A stretch of 64,000 bases of DNA, from contig CM120647.1 of the NCBI GenBank assembly GCA_051362555.1, forward strand, positions 2,170,001 to 2,234,000, in the 5' to 3' direction. The translations under genes were made by a program, and so were the position numbers. The notes under the pieces are model-generated. The model was not told the origin of the DNA, did not search any database, and saw only the letters and a program-made list of their open reading frames with translations. Within the stretch, counting starts at the first letter, position 1; each line of letters opens with the position of its first letter. Positions 52,018 to 64,000 of this stretch are shown piece by piece. The stretch is from Lingula anatina (taxonomy: Eukaryota > Animalia > Brachiopoda).

Positions 52018-55000
52018 TTACTTAATTTTCTTTCCCGTCACTTTAATATTATTCTCTTTAATGTAATCCAATGTGGCTTTATTGAGATTTTCAACGGGTT
52101 CCGAAGTATTCTGACTTTGAGGAAACCCTTTCCACTTAATGAGGTATTGTGTTTCACCGTTTTTCCGCACTCGACCACGTAAGACTTTTTCTACTTCAAA
52201 TAGTTCATCAGTGGTCTGGGACAAATCAACTTGTCCTCCAGCCTCATTCTCTTGTTGTACTTCATTTTCCGGCTCCGTGATAAAACTATCACTTGGGAAA
52301 TCTTCTTCTTGTAATTGTGTATCGTCACCATTATTTAAATCGGGGATTTCAGTATCTGGCGGTCTCATTTTCCTATCGTACCCCAGTTTCAAACGATTCA
52401 CATGGACAAGCGTTTTCACTACATGATTGTCTGACACACGGCTTAATTTCACATTAACAGGTGTAGGCATATCTATGATAGTGAATGGACCGTGATAAAG
52501 TCGTGCTAACTTTTTGGTGCATCCTTTCGGGACAGCTGGGTTGTAAACGAATACACGATCGCCTATTTGATATTTCACATCTTGAGCTTTCCTATCATAC
52601 AATCTTTTCATTCTCTCTTTTGCTTGTTCTATATTCTCATGGGCTATCTCTTGAGCCACACTCAATTTCTTTATCAAATTTTGAATGTGATAGTTCATTG
52701 ATGGAGATTTTATCACTGGGGACAGAAGAGCTACATCGATTGGTAAACGTGCCTCTTTGCCATATAACAGGAAAAATGGGCTCATCATAGAGCTCGCGCT
52801 AGGTGTAACTCGTATACCCATCAGAGCTGAGTTAACAAATAAATCCCAATCTTTTTGATTCTTTGAAACATAATTTGATAATGTTTTCATAATTAACCCG
52901 TTTAATCTCTCTACTTGACCGTTTGTCATGGGATGGTACGAACTGGTTTGAATTTTTGACATGTCTGTGTATTTGCATAACTCCATCACTATGTCTGAGA
53001 GGAAATTACTGCCTCTATCACTTAACAAAGTTTTGGGTACCCCATGCCTACATATTATCTCATCAAAAAGCAATCTTGCAATGGTAGGTGCTGTAATATC
53101 GGGTACCGGGAATGCTTCTGGCCATCCAGTTAAACTGTCTATGAATGTAACCAAATTCTTATTCCCTCGACTCGTAACTGGCAGAGATGTTATGCAGTCA
53201 ACAGACAATCTATCAAAGCTACCTTCCACGGGCAAAGGTAACAACGGAGCCCTGAAATCTTTTGGAGGGTTTTTCTTTGTCAAGCATTCAACGCAAGAAC
53301 GCACGTAATCGACCACATCTGCGAATTGACCTTTCCAAAAGTACTTCATCCGCAATGCTAAGTATGTTTTCTGAATGCCTCCATGACCGATTGTGATATC
53401 ATCGTGTAAACTAGACAAAACTTTGTACTTCAACTTGTCGGGAATAACAAGTTGCAAATAACCTTCTGAGTGGGGTGATTTCCTTCCTTTGGGGACATAA
53501 ATATGATGTAAAAAACCGTCTATCATCACGTAATCTCCGATTTCTAACAACAAACGTCGAGCTTCTTTGCTACCAAGTGGTAGTTCATCTGATGTCAAAT
53601 ACGCGATAATTGACGCAAGGTTCTTATCTTCACGCTGGAGTTTCAGCAATTCTTCTTTTGAAACAAATGACTGATAGTCTTGACATTTTGACAAACGATT
53701 TGTGTTCTTTGTCTTCCCTTTAATTGCTAAAAGCATTCCACACTTATCTGATCTGTTGTCACTCTTGTTAGAGTTATCGTCAAGTACCTGTCCTGAGATG
53801 GGGTCTGACATCTGTATTTTGTTCAAACACGCGTCACTTGGAATTGATCTCTGCGTTGTGTCATAAAGTTTGCCCAAGTCTAATTCTTCATCATCGTTTT
53901 CCATGTCGTAAGGGCGGCGGCTAAGCGCGTCTGCATTCGCGTGGTTTTTTCCTTTTCTGTGTTCAATAGTAAAATTGTACGGGGACAAAGTCAGTATCCA
54001 TCGACAAAATCTTCCACGCGGTTGTTTTTGTGACAATAACCATTTAAGGCTATCGTGGTCTGTGATAACTTTGAATTTGGAATGCCTAAGGTAGATATCG
54101 AAATATTTTATACCTTGTACAACTGCTAATCCTTCCAATTCCGTAATGGGATAATTTTTCTCGTGCCTTTTTAAACCTCTCCCGGCATAAGCGATGACTC
54201 TTTCTTTACCGTCTTGCATTTGTGATAGAACCATGCCTAACGCGTGTGAACTCGCGTCAGTGTAAAGAATAAACGGGAGATTAAAATTGGGATACGCAAG
54301 AATTGGAGCAGATGTAAGCGCAGTCTTCAGGGTATCGAAACTCGTTTGGCATTCTTCAGACCATTTAAATTCTTTCCCCTTTTGTGTAAGAGCTGTCAAA
54401 GGTCTAACTATGGCAGCGTAGCCTTTTATAAACTTCCGATAGTAATTTGCCAATCCTAAAAATCCGCGTATTTGTTTAACATTTAAAGGGACTGGGAATT
54501 CCTGCACCGCCTTACACTTCATAGGGTCAACACGAACACCGTCTTTGGAGACTATGTACCCTAAATATTTGACTTCTTTTCGTGCAATAAAACATTTAGA
54601 TGGCTTCAATGTTAAGTTCGCTTTTCTTAGCCTTTGGAAAACAGTTTCTACATCACGAAGGTGATCTTCAAAAGTGGGACTCGCAACTATAATGTCATCT
54701 AAATACAAGAAAAGTGTTTTCCATGATAAACCTCGAAACACATTTTCTACCATTCGTGAAAAAGTTGCGCCTGAACTTTTAAGACCCATCGGCATTCTGT
54801 TGAATTCAAAAAGACCGGCATGACAAACGAATGCGCTCATCGGTTTACTTTTTTCTGATAACCCTACTTCCCAATATCCACTTTGAAGGTCAAACGTTGA
54901 CATGAATTTCGGTTTAATTGACCCCAACGCGTCTATCGTATCGTCAATTCTCGGTAAAGGGTAAACATCATCTTTTGTAACCGCATTCAGCTTTCTGTAA

Positions 55001-55653
55001 TCAATGCAAAAACGATATGAGCCATCTGGTTTTTGTACTAAAACGACCGGACTACTCCACGGAGAGACAGATGGTCTTATAATACCTTCTTGTAACATGT
55101 TCCCTACCTGTTCCTCTATAATCTTCCGATGTTTTGGTGACGTTCGATACATTTGCGAACGAATGGGCATTTGATTTGGGTCCACTCTGATATCGTGTTC
55201 AATGACTGGGGTCATTTTCAAAGGCTCCCCAGGTTGTTTAAATACGTCCGCATATTTTGACAACAAATCAACAAATTCTGCTTTTTGTTCACTAGTGATA
55301 TCTGAATCACTGAAATCTACATCAGGGACTTCGTTTTTTGTTTCATTCACCGTCGTCGGAGCTATAGTTCTTCCCGACTTTTCTGTATCGTTTGAAAATT
55401 CAGTAATTTTTGTATCTTGGGGCAAAATTGAAAAACATCCTAATTTCGTTCTTTTCCTGATGAGAAAAGGATACTTCGCAGTATTTATACATCGCACAGG
55501 GATCATATTTTGATTAGTAACACCTAAAACCCTCGCACATTCAAAAGGCAAATGTGATAAATTTTTGTTTTTGTAAACAATTCCTTCAACTCCATTGGGT
55601 AAATTCGCATCGACAGCACAGAGAAAAAGAACTTCAGATTCCGCAGGTATCAA
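52018..55653 (-). CDS. pol: Gypsy pol: RT (YLDD), RNase H, integrase (HHCC, DDE, GPF motif), chromodomain
   Basis: 1211-aa ORF with FCIDYRKLN, LYLDD, TDAS, H..H..C..C, SDRGSNF...GQVER, YHGPF, FEVEKVL...YLIKWKGF. Confidence 0.96.
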   Translation of the reverse strand: MIPAESEVLFLCAVDANLPNGVEGIVYKNKNLSHLPFECARVLGVTNQNMIPVRCINTAKYPFLIRKRTKLGCFSILPQDTKITEFSNDTEKSGRTIAPTTVNETKNEVPDVDFSDSDITSEQKAEFVDLLSKYADVFKQPGEPLKMTPVIEHDIRVDPNQMPIRSQMYRTSPKHRKIIEEQVGNMLQEGIIRPSVSPWSSPVVLVQKPDGSYRFCIDYRKLNAVTKDDVYPLPRIDDTIDALGSIKPKFMSTFDLQSGYWEVGLSEKSKPMSAFVCHAGLFEFNRMPMGLKSSGATFSRMVENVFRGLSWKTLFLYLDDIIVASPTFEDHLRDVETVFQRLRKANLTLKPSKCFIARKEVKYLGYIVSKDGVRVDPMKCKAVQEFPVPLNVKQIRGFLGLANYYRKFIKGYAAIVRPLTALTQKGKEFKWSEECQTSFDTLKTALTSAPILAYPNFNLPFILYTDASSHALGMVLSQMQDGKERVIAYAGRGLKRHEKNYPITELEGLAVVQGIKYFDIYLRHSKFKVITDHDSLKWLLSQKQPRGRFCRWILTLSPYNFTIEHRKGKNHANADALSRRPYDMENDDEELDLGKLYDTTQRSIPSDACLNKIQMSDPISGQVLDDNSNKSDNRSDKCGMLLAIKGKTKNTNRLSKCQDYQSFVSKEELLKLQREDKNLASIIAYLTSDELPLGSKEARRLLLEIGDYVMIDGFLHHIYVPKGRKSPHSEGYLQLVIPDKLKYKVLSSLHDDITIGHGGIQKTYLALRMKYFWKGQFADVVDYVRSCVECLTKKNPPKDFRAPLLPLPVEGSFDRLSVDCITSLPVTSRGNKNLVTFIDSLTGWPEAFPVPDITAPTIARLLFDEIICRHGVPKTLLSDRGSNFLSDIVMELCKYTDMSKIQTSSYHPMTNGQVERLNGLIMKTLSNYVSKNQKDWDLFVNSALMGIRVTPSASSMMSPFFLLYGKEARLPIDVALLSPVIKSPSMNYHIQNLIKKLSVAQEIAHENIEQAKERMKRLYDRKAQDVKYQIGDRVFVYNPAVPKGCTKKLARLYHGPFTIIDMPTPVNVKLSRVSDNHVVKTLVHVNRLKLGYDRKMRPPDTEIPDLNNGDDTQLQEEDFPSDSFITEPENEVQQENEAGGQVDLSQTTDELFEVEKVLRGRVRKNGETQYLIKWKGFPQSQNTSEPVENLNKATLDYIKENNIKVTGKKIK

Positions 55654-56150
55654 AACATTTTAATAGCCTTGACTGGGTAACTTTTCTTTGAAAGTCTGAC
55701 CGTGTGTTTAGTGAAATCTATAATCGCTCTGTTTTCTCTCAGGAAATCATTCCCAATAATCATATCATACCCAATATTATCAGCTGTTTGCACTAACGTG
55801 TTAACAGAATTGTATCCACCAGGGAAACGCAAATCTACTGACACTTGCCCTTTCAATGTGATTCGTGTGTTATTTGCAGCCACAGCTGTCGTTTTTGTAG
55901 ATGTTATGATACGTAGTGATTTTAGAGAGTCGTGTTTCCGTAATAGGTCGGTATTCACAATTGTAACATATGATCCTGTATCTATCAAAGCACTAATTTT
56001 GATTCCATTGATGAGCAAGTCTACAAAATTGTTTTTCCCTAATTTTATTTCCTTTTCACATGCCATGATCGAACGGGTGCCCCTAGAAATATGTTGGCAA
56101 AATTCACCCCGTTCTTTTCCAATTTGTGATTTTTGCCGTTCTAGTTTAAA
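55650..56150 (-). CDS. Gypsy aspartic protease, reached by a -1 frameshift at TTTAAAC
   Basis: ALIDTGS active site and IIGNDFL motif; slippery T-TTA-AAC at 56150-56144. Confidence 0.9.
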   Translation of the reverse strand, partial: FKLERQKSQIGKERGEFCQHISRGTRSIMACEKEIKLGKNNFVDLLINGIKISALIDTGSYVTIVNTDLLRKHDSLKSLRIITSTKTTAVAANNTRITLKGQVSVDLRFPGGYNSVNTLVQTADNIGYDMIIGNDFLRENRAIIDFTKHTVRLSKKSYPVKAIKMF

Positions 56151-57228
56151 TTTCGGTTCCCATTGTAAACGTTTTGTCTCCCTCGAGTATTTTGTTGTCG
56201 GGAATTTGGAAATGATCTGCAAAATTTCTGTATGTGCCCAAATCTGTTGCATTTGAAACAACGGGGCCCCCCTGTGGTCTGTTTTTGACGCCGACACGCA
56301 GGCTAGCATATGTGTGCCCGTTCCTACGACAGTAAGAACAGTACGGTGTTCCCGCAAAGTGTTGTTTTCCTACTTGCTCGCGTCTAATTTCCCGGCGAAT
56401 GTCATCAATTTGTTTTTCATGCTGTTCCATTATTCGCTGGAGATTTTTCTCAATTCCAGAGACAGATGTTACGATCTCCGGCTTTTCGTTTTCAACCGGT
56501 ATTGATGCAATTGTTGACCCTAATCGTGCATGATTTTCTGCTTCTTCTAAATTAGATGGGTTTTGCGCAATAACAAAACGTTTTATTTCGTTCCGTAACC
56601 CTCTCACGAAATACGCGAGTCTATCGTCCGCGCTTTTATTAAGCAGAGAAAAACGGTGTCGCATATCTGCGATGTAAACCTCGATGGATTCATTTTCTGC
56701 TTGTTTTCTTTCTCCGAGTTCGTGTTCTCTAGTCCATTTTGACGTTTGTCTGTCGAAATTGTTTTGAAATTCGGTTTTAAGAACATCGTAACTCGATTTT
56801 CTTGCGTCAGACAATTCGGATAACCATATTTCAGCTGGACCTTTCATGTATAGCATAAAGGCATGCAATTTCCGATCTGGGGAATATTTATTCAAATTGC
56901 AGTAATTTTCAAACCTCGTAAGCCATAACCGCGCGTTTTCTGTTGAAAAGCCAAAGAATGTATCGATATTTGGACCGGCAAAAACGGAAGTTGGTTTTTC
57001 ATTTAATTCTGTAAGTTGCCTCTGAACTGCTTGTAAAAGAGGGTCACCCTTGCCCACAACATCTAATTTCATGTGAATGTCTTCTAAATGGTCTCGAATA
57101 TCTAAAAAATCAAAAGGTTCTTCCTTACCTTTCATTTCCTTTGTTTGTCCCGTTGCCATCCTCTTTTCGGATAGAATACGTTCTCCTCTGGATGTCTGTC
57201 TGGTGACTGGTCCCTCTCTATCTGACAT
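56141..57228 (-). CDS. gag: Gypsy gag (frameshifted by an apparent 5-bp insertion in zinc knuckle 1)
   Basis: Capsid-like WL..FE...RKQ...ES motifs; CSYCRRNGH in ORF 56146-57228; second knuckle CFKCNRFGHIQKFC in another frame, ending NLN-TAG at 56141. Confidence 0.9.
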
Positions 57229-58959
57229 TATTCATGTCGAAAGTCTCTTCCTCTTTTTGCATCCTCCACCATATGTGACGACGTTACTGACTTTGTCTTG
57301 GTGGCGCGAGGTAATAACTAAACAATTCCATGTTTTCCCATATTCTTTATTATCGCTTTCTAACTACGCTATCTACAATTTATTCCTCTACGTTCAACTT
57401 CTTACATCGTTCTCCCCGTCTACATTACATTCTTCGCTTAAGTACAATAAGGTCGTGTCAATCAACTAAAGTGACACTACAAAACACTCCCCGCTCTTAT
57501 TCGCTGCACGCTGTCACTAACTAACGTTACACAGTAACAACATTGGCGGCCCAGTGTACGTTTTACACTCACTGATAAGAATACTGTTGATAATCCTCTC
57601 TGAGTAATATTGATACTTAGAGGCGATGAAATATAATGTACAGAAAAAAACTTCATTTCACGGGACATAATCCGGATAATTAGCCCCCCCCCCTCGAAAC
57701 ACACACACACACAAACACACAAACAAACAAAGAAAAACTATCATGATGAAGACAAATGATAAAAATTAAGTGAGATACAAATATAAGAGCTCTATTCTCT
57801 GATAATTCCTTGAGACAGTATTTCAGGCCAGTGAACTCCTAATGGTCTACCTGGCTATAATCGCTTCACATCTTAAGGGATGGTTTTCAGGAAAGTTTCA
57901 GAAGATGGACCCCCTCTCTACAACTTATAGATATAGTCGTGTTAATATGTAATAGTGATCGTCCGTGCCGGCAGAAATAGTAACAAATTTGTAATTTGAA
58001 ATCTCAGGAAAAGGTTGCCACGGTTACTGTACATGTAGGTGCACAGGGAATAAGGGCACTCGGTCTGAGCCTTTGTTGATTTTGCATTAGCACGCGAGAG
58101 AGATAATTTTTTTACGTTATATCGTTGTTAAAATGTGCTATTAAACTGCAATGTAATTTCTTTGACTTTCTCTTAAGAAAAGGATGCCCTTTTGAATGTG
58201 GTAGGCATCATGTTTGTAGAATTTGACGTCTCTTACAATGACCAGTTCAAAAGTAAGTTAAAAATAACAAGGTTGGCAATTTATATTTGCAGAAAGTAAA
58301 AAAAACCGTCAAATTCATGGAACATATATGACTGCAGGTTTTTTTCACGCAATCCAAATGCAATAAATTACCAGTTGACTTTATTCTGACTTTTTACTCA
58401 TTTACCTCGTTTCTAATAATAAAATGTATGATTTATATTTTTCATTTTTATTGCAGACGAAACAGTTATCTGTTTCCAGTCCTGTGAAAATGAGCTTTCT
58501 ATGAACACATGAAATGAATAATCAAGAAAATTCAGGTGCAACACTCACGATAAGCATATTTGGTTAAAAATACCAGCTAACATAACTTTGGGTTCCAGTC
58601 TTTCGCAAAATAGAATGTATACCTTGACGAAGAGATAAGACGCTCAACGTGTCACAAAAACCTCTAAATATTTTACAGTAGACGTATTTTTGTTAAAACA
58701 ATCACTGGAAGATTTTGCGTAGAAATAGGAGGGGTGGTGCAGGATAAAAATGTCTCTCTCTTCGCTCGGCAAATGTAAAACAGTGTAGTATGACACACAT
58801 ATAAAACACACTGTGTCTCGCGCTATGGTATAATACATTGCAAGTAATACTTCTTATTACAGATTTATGAACAACTTCATTCTACATTTGTCTTCTGTTA
58901 TTTCGGATCGGTAGATGAGGAACCAAAGTGCCAAGAGACATGCATTAAACATTTTAACG

Positions 58960-60315
58960 ATATTCTTTAGTGAGACAAATGGTTTAAAAATCGTTTATTT
59001 TATAGCCTACAATATGTACATATTTAAAGCGACCAAGTGCTTGTCACATCTAGCACATTTCCATGAAATCTGTGGTTGTCGGCACAACCATGTTGAGACA
59101 GGACAGACGCCAAAATATACCGCGTGTGAAGAATTGTTTTTAGTAGTTGTCAAATTCAGTAGAGTTATTTACTTAATAATTATATACAATATCATTTTAC
59201 CCTGATCAGAATAGCTGGAAGAGGTGCAGAAATGTAAAGGCGTGGAGGGGGGGTAGGCAAAAAGGTGTATGCCTATTTCAGAAGCCATAAGTAAAAGGGA
59301 ACCCCACCCCCACCCCATTTGATTGACATGCAATAAAAGTTCGAAGTTTACATTTTTTTCCTCCTATTCCTAATATGGCATGGCTGATTAACATCATTCA
59401 GGTGTAGATAACGTAAGCTGAAATTCGGATTTTTAAAATCTCTTTTTTAACAGCTCTAAGAAGTTTATCGCCCGCATCTAAATTTAACAGTTTTTTTAAC
59501 CACACCTTAGATTTAAAAAGGATCCAAATACATGTAGCTTATTTCACCAACTAGTGATAATATACATATTTAAAACTACGCAAATAACAGGTCCTTTGCA
59601 TTCTCTCGCTCAGAGTTATCTTTCTGGGGCCGTGGCTCTCTTCGGCGTATTTCCTCTTCGACAGCTTTAGTTATCAACTGAGTTTTTATTGAGATTGGTG
59701 CTTGTTTATGGAACTGTAAAAAAAGCTGTATATTTTTAACCATTGTCGCTTTTAACATAGGAACGTATTCTTAAGTGAGACAAATGGTTTAAATGATCGT
59801 TGTTTTTATGGCCTATTATTTGACTGCCGCTAAGGGCTTGACACATCTAGCACATTTCCATGAAATCTGTGGTTGTCGTCACAACCATGTTGAGACAGGA
59901 CAGAAGCCAAAATATACCGCGTGTGAAGAATTGTTTTTAGTAGATGTCAAATTCAGTAGAGTAACTTATTTTATAATTACATAAAGAATCGTTTTACTTT
60001 GATCAGAATAGCTAGAAGAGGTGCAAATGTGCAAATACGTGGAGTAGGGGTGGGATAGGGAAAGTGTGTATTTCAGAAGCTAAAAGTAAAAGGGGAGTGG
60101 CACGCCCCCTCCCCCCCCCCCCCCCCCCCCCCCCTTCGACAATATATTTTAGGCAAATGGCTAAATATCGTTTATTATGGTCTACTACATGTATTTACAG
60201 CGGCCAACGGCTTGTCACATCTACCACATTTCCATCAATTTTGTGGTAGACGTCACAACCATGTTGAGACAAGACAAACGTCAGAATATTACTGCGTATG
60301 AAAATTTGTTTTTAA
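58960..60315. repeat. Dispersed direct repeat of about 330 bp (about 58960-59300, 59765-60095, partial 60150-60315)
   Basis: Shared CACATCTAGCACATTTCCATGAAATCTGTGGTTGTC...CAACCATGTTGAGACAGGACAG. Confidence 0.85.
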
Positions 60316-63300
60316 ATATGAACCGAGCTCTTAATGGTAAGATTTCATTCCCCGAGGAAATAAAATGCATGTGTTGCTTAAATTTCATTTCTTTTATGAG
60401 AAAAAAAATTTAGTGTTGTATGTAGAATAATCATGTGATGTTTGATATGTGTTAAAGACGCATATACGGAAAAGTATTGAACACTTGAAATGACTGGATG
60501 ATATTGGTGAGGTACAATAAACTGTTACCATTCGTTCATGATAACTGGTTATTCACTGGTACATGGAAGTATTGGCAAGTGTGACCGCCCATCACATACT
60601 CCCAGCAGTCGAGTTAAAACTGGCGGCGAATGAACATGTGTAAATTAAAAAAAGAAAAAAGTCTTTCTCCCACTCATTTTAATACTTCTTGAGATATCGC
60701 GTTGTCCTTTGACGTATTCGCTGTATTACACCTATACCAAATCATCAATGTAATGATTGATGTGTGTTTATATAACTGGCAATCAATCGGCCAGCGTTAA
60801 CAGCTTTTGTTGTCATCTATCAATCAAGGGAGGAAAAAGTTCCCTTGCAGCATTATTTTGATGATGTTTGTTTACGTAACCTGCCGAATGCCGATTATTT
60901 CTTTCCTCCGGGCGGCTCTATAATACGCTAAGGTTGGTCAAACATACTGAAAACTGCTTAGACAAATACCATTCAATTTGTATATAAAAATTTTTCATTA
61001 AAGTGTAAGGTTCAATATTTGGTTCGCTGATCTAGAAGAAGAGAACGGGAGTCGTGGATTTCCAGCAGCTTTATTTCCACTGCCCCACTGCTTGGATAAA
61101 AACGTGCCTTTGACCATAGCCAGTGATCTTCATAATGTCGTATCATTCAGGGTGAATCAGGGTACAGGATACTTTTTATCAATGGTGTGTTTTGAAATAC
61201 ATCTAACACAAACGCGTCCAATGAATTTTTATTGCAGTAAATTGTAAATGAAGGTACACCTGTCAGAAAATGGTGAGAAATAAATAAAAAAAATGCGCCC
61301 AGTACATCCTGCTTTCTCCCCCATGAATCTAATTGAACTCGCTCACTAGAAAGAGATGTCACCTCATCATCAGTTCTGAGTGAGCAGGGAGTGGACGCCA
61401 GGCGGGCCAGATACTAAGTATACGAATATATCAGCTTCAACCGATTTAGTACAATGTTGTAATATATTAATGTTAGGTATTTGATGATAACTTTTTTGTG
61501 ATTCATTTTTATGTCAAAATGCTTAAAACAGACTTGGTGATGCCCCAATATTTCCCCATTTCGTTTCCTCCATATTGTATTGGAATTTAAAATGCAGTTG
61601 CATCACATGTTTACTATTTTGAAGGTAAAAATAGCAGTAGCAGAAAAATGTCTACCCTAGGAATAGATAAAAGGGGGAAATATTGTAGAATTGCCCGTTC
61701 GAAATCCTAGCTATAAACAAGTGAATATTCAGTAAGCAGATGGCAGGTAGACATGTCTCATACTTCCATTTCTGAATTTCTAATTATGACGTCATCGGTA
61801 AAATGTCATTTGTGTAAATGCAAATAGCTTAGTCGGTGAACACCGAACATCTGTTATCCAAAACATGTAAGGCAGTAATTGGGGAGTTTTTTTCTAACCC
61901 TGTCTGTATCCTTAAAGAACATAATATTGGTATACTAGTAATTTAATTCCATAAATTAACGTTTTTACATTTCAGTACGTTAAAAAAATTACGTGTTATA
62001 CGTAGTTATACTATACTTGGAAACTTCGGGGATTTTTGAACATTTTGATTATTGTTTTTCATGCTATCAGGAGATATAGCTAATATAGATTAAGCGTAGC
62101 CTGAAGTTATTTATCTTGTGAGCAATGTTTTTTTTTTTTCAGTTATTCCTTTGTTCAGTTACAACTAATGACAAATTGGAAAAATAACATTGAATGATTT
62201 TATTGACTTATCTGGATTTTTAATTTCACGATTGCGAGCACATTCATCTCTTTGAACTCATTAAATTTGTCATTTAAATAAAAGGCAGACAATGCTCGTT
62301 AGACCCTATGTAGAAAAAAAAACTAGAACAATCAGCAGTACTTTTGTTTTCCTCCAAGTATACCCTCATCTAAAAGCGTTGAGAAAACTACGATATTTTT
62401 AAGTTTAAAAGTTTAAAAAGCAACAGCCTGGATTATATAATATAAACAACCCTGTTTTCGAGTTTTGCACTTTACATTTTCTCGTCACGAGTGAAATTCT
62501 CCAGTGTCTGTCTTCATTGCGATGGGACCCTCAGAACCCAAAACACGGTGCATGGATTGTAATTCCATGGTGACTAAGATTCCAGTACCTTCCTGATTAA
62601 GGGTGATGGCATTTTTAGGAAAATTCAACGTTTGCTACATAAGGGTCTAACGCTCACTGTGTTGTACTTTTCGGTTGTTTTACTTTAGATGCTCGGATAA
62701 GAAATAAGCACAGGTTTTGTTATTGATCAATGTCATTTTAAGACAACGATAAATTTCTTTCTGAAGTGATGTGAATATAGAGCTGACAAATTCAAGTCTT
62801 CATCAGCAAATAAATCGTGAGCTTGAAAATCTGCTTTGATGGGTGTAAGATATGCATAAAATTTTTAAAAAACTTTGTTTTTTTATGTTTGTTTTACAGT
62901 ATCTATCTTAATTTGTTCATCAGAATTTGAAACTGAATAATTAAGGTGATTGTTATTTATTTAGCATTTTCTGAAGTATATGTTCGTAGAATGTACATTG
63001 TGAAACTTTTTATAGTAAAATACTTGTATAACTGGCATAAGTCCGGATTCAGCATAAATGTGAAGGGCCATTCATTTCACTGAAATTTGTTTATTTTCCA
63101 AAATCTTTGAAATGATTCTTGCCAAAAACTCGCATTTTCTTGCCATCTTTGTGCAGAAATGTTTATTTGCTCGCATGTGAACATTAGTCGTTTAGAAAGT
63201 CGCAAATCATTTGTTACATGATTTTTCATATTGAGAATCGATGTAGCTAGTATAACTTATTCATTGCTTTGTCTCTCGGCAATTGCCTAGATTTGATAAC

Positions 63301-64000
63301 TGTTCAAGTTGTATTTCTTTATATAATGTTTCATGTAACATGTATTTGTGGTATTTTATATTCCCCATTCTTATGTGTCATTTGTTGTTCATTTGATTAT
63401 GTAAAATGCTGGCTAGACGTTGAAAATTGTTTTAGAAATGACTTTCGACAATTTTGGCGAAACCAACGTGTGAAGTAATAGCGTGCAGCTTTTCCCTTCC
63501 CAACAATTACCATCACCTTCCACTGTCGCATTATAGTTAACGAATTTTTCCATTATGGCTGTAAAGAGCGAAAACAGTGTCGGATCTGGGACATTTCAAT
63601 GAGGCAAAATTCTGAAATTCTGGGCAATTTGTGGTGTTTTGGAAGTTGATTATCCTAGTTCATATTTCTTTTTCGTTCATTTCTCTTGTGGTGGTGGTGG
63701 TGGGAAGGATAAAAGCCCAGCGCTGTTTTATTAAATGAGAAACTGTAATATTCCTTTGCTGAAATATGTTGAAATATGATCAAATATAATTCAAATACTA
63801 GCTGTTAAGTTGATTTATTCGCCAAATCTAATAAAAAGAAAGATTGAAATAGTTACAATTTTGCGTAAGTCCTGATAAATTACTTTTTTTCTATATTGTT
63901 ATATTCCAACATTCAAACTTTCAAATATTTTGAATGAATGTATACATTAATTGGAATTTGGTTTGTCTTAATAAATAATTTTCCAAAGATGCAAAATGTC

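Larger units (their letters stand above)
49559..57531 (-). mobile_element. Full-length Ty3/Gypsy LTR retrotransposon with a chromodomain-bearing integrase
   Basis: 258-bp TG...CA LTRs at 49559-49816 and 57274-57531, identical by eye; 4-bp TSD CAGT; PBS TGGTGGAGGATGC (57271-57259) matching a tRNA-Ala 3' end; domain order gag-PR-RT-RH-IN. Confidence 0.97.

Noticed and set aside
58915-59984. Two similar short ORFs (LAHFHEICGCRHNHVETGQ)
   Set aside because: They arise from a non-coding direct repeat; no splice or domain support.
60400-64000. AT-rich distal region
   Set aside because: No supported exon, RNA gene or bounded element could be identified by eye.

Overview
This is AT-rich, repeat-rich animal genomic DNA, probably from an invertebrate; the phylum cannot be fixed from the sequence. 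About 40 kb (6957-46937, + strand) is one gene that I reconstructed by hand as 34 coding exons plus a probable 30-nt microexon. All its introns are GT-AG and phase 1. It encodes a secreted mosaic protein of about 1830 aa: signal peptide, Ly6/uPAR (three-finger)-like domain, Thr/Pro/Ser/Gly mucin stalk, EGF, 2 Sushi, 6 cbEGF, 2 Sushi, ephrin-receptor-like Cys repeat, 14 cbEGF, a truncated EGF and a C-type lectin domain. At least seven exons have their 3' end and splice donor tandemly amplified (up to about 40 copies). The introns carry MITEs, a short gag-protease-only Mag-type LTR element nested in a TIR element, and Penelope-like hammerhead remnants. Downstream (49559-57531, - strand) is a young chromodomain-bearing Ty3/Gypsy element with apparently identical LTRs. 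The main finding is in its long 3' untranslated region: a GC-rich island whose sense strand folds by eye into a complete group I ribozyme core (P3-P9, G-binding site, candidate omega-G). It resembles the lariat-capping ribozyme GIR1 in local motifs and is followed by two GACG-tetraloop hairpins. All structure calls were made by eye and need covariance-model and biochemical tests.
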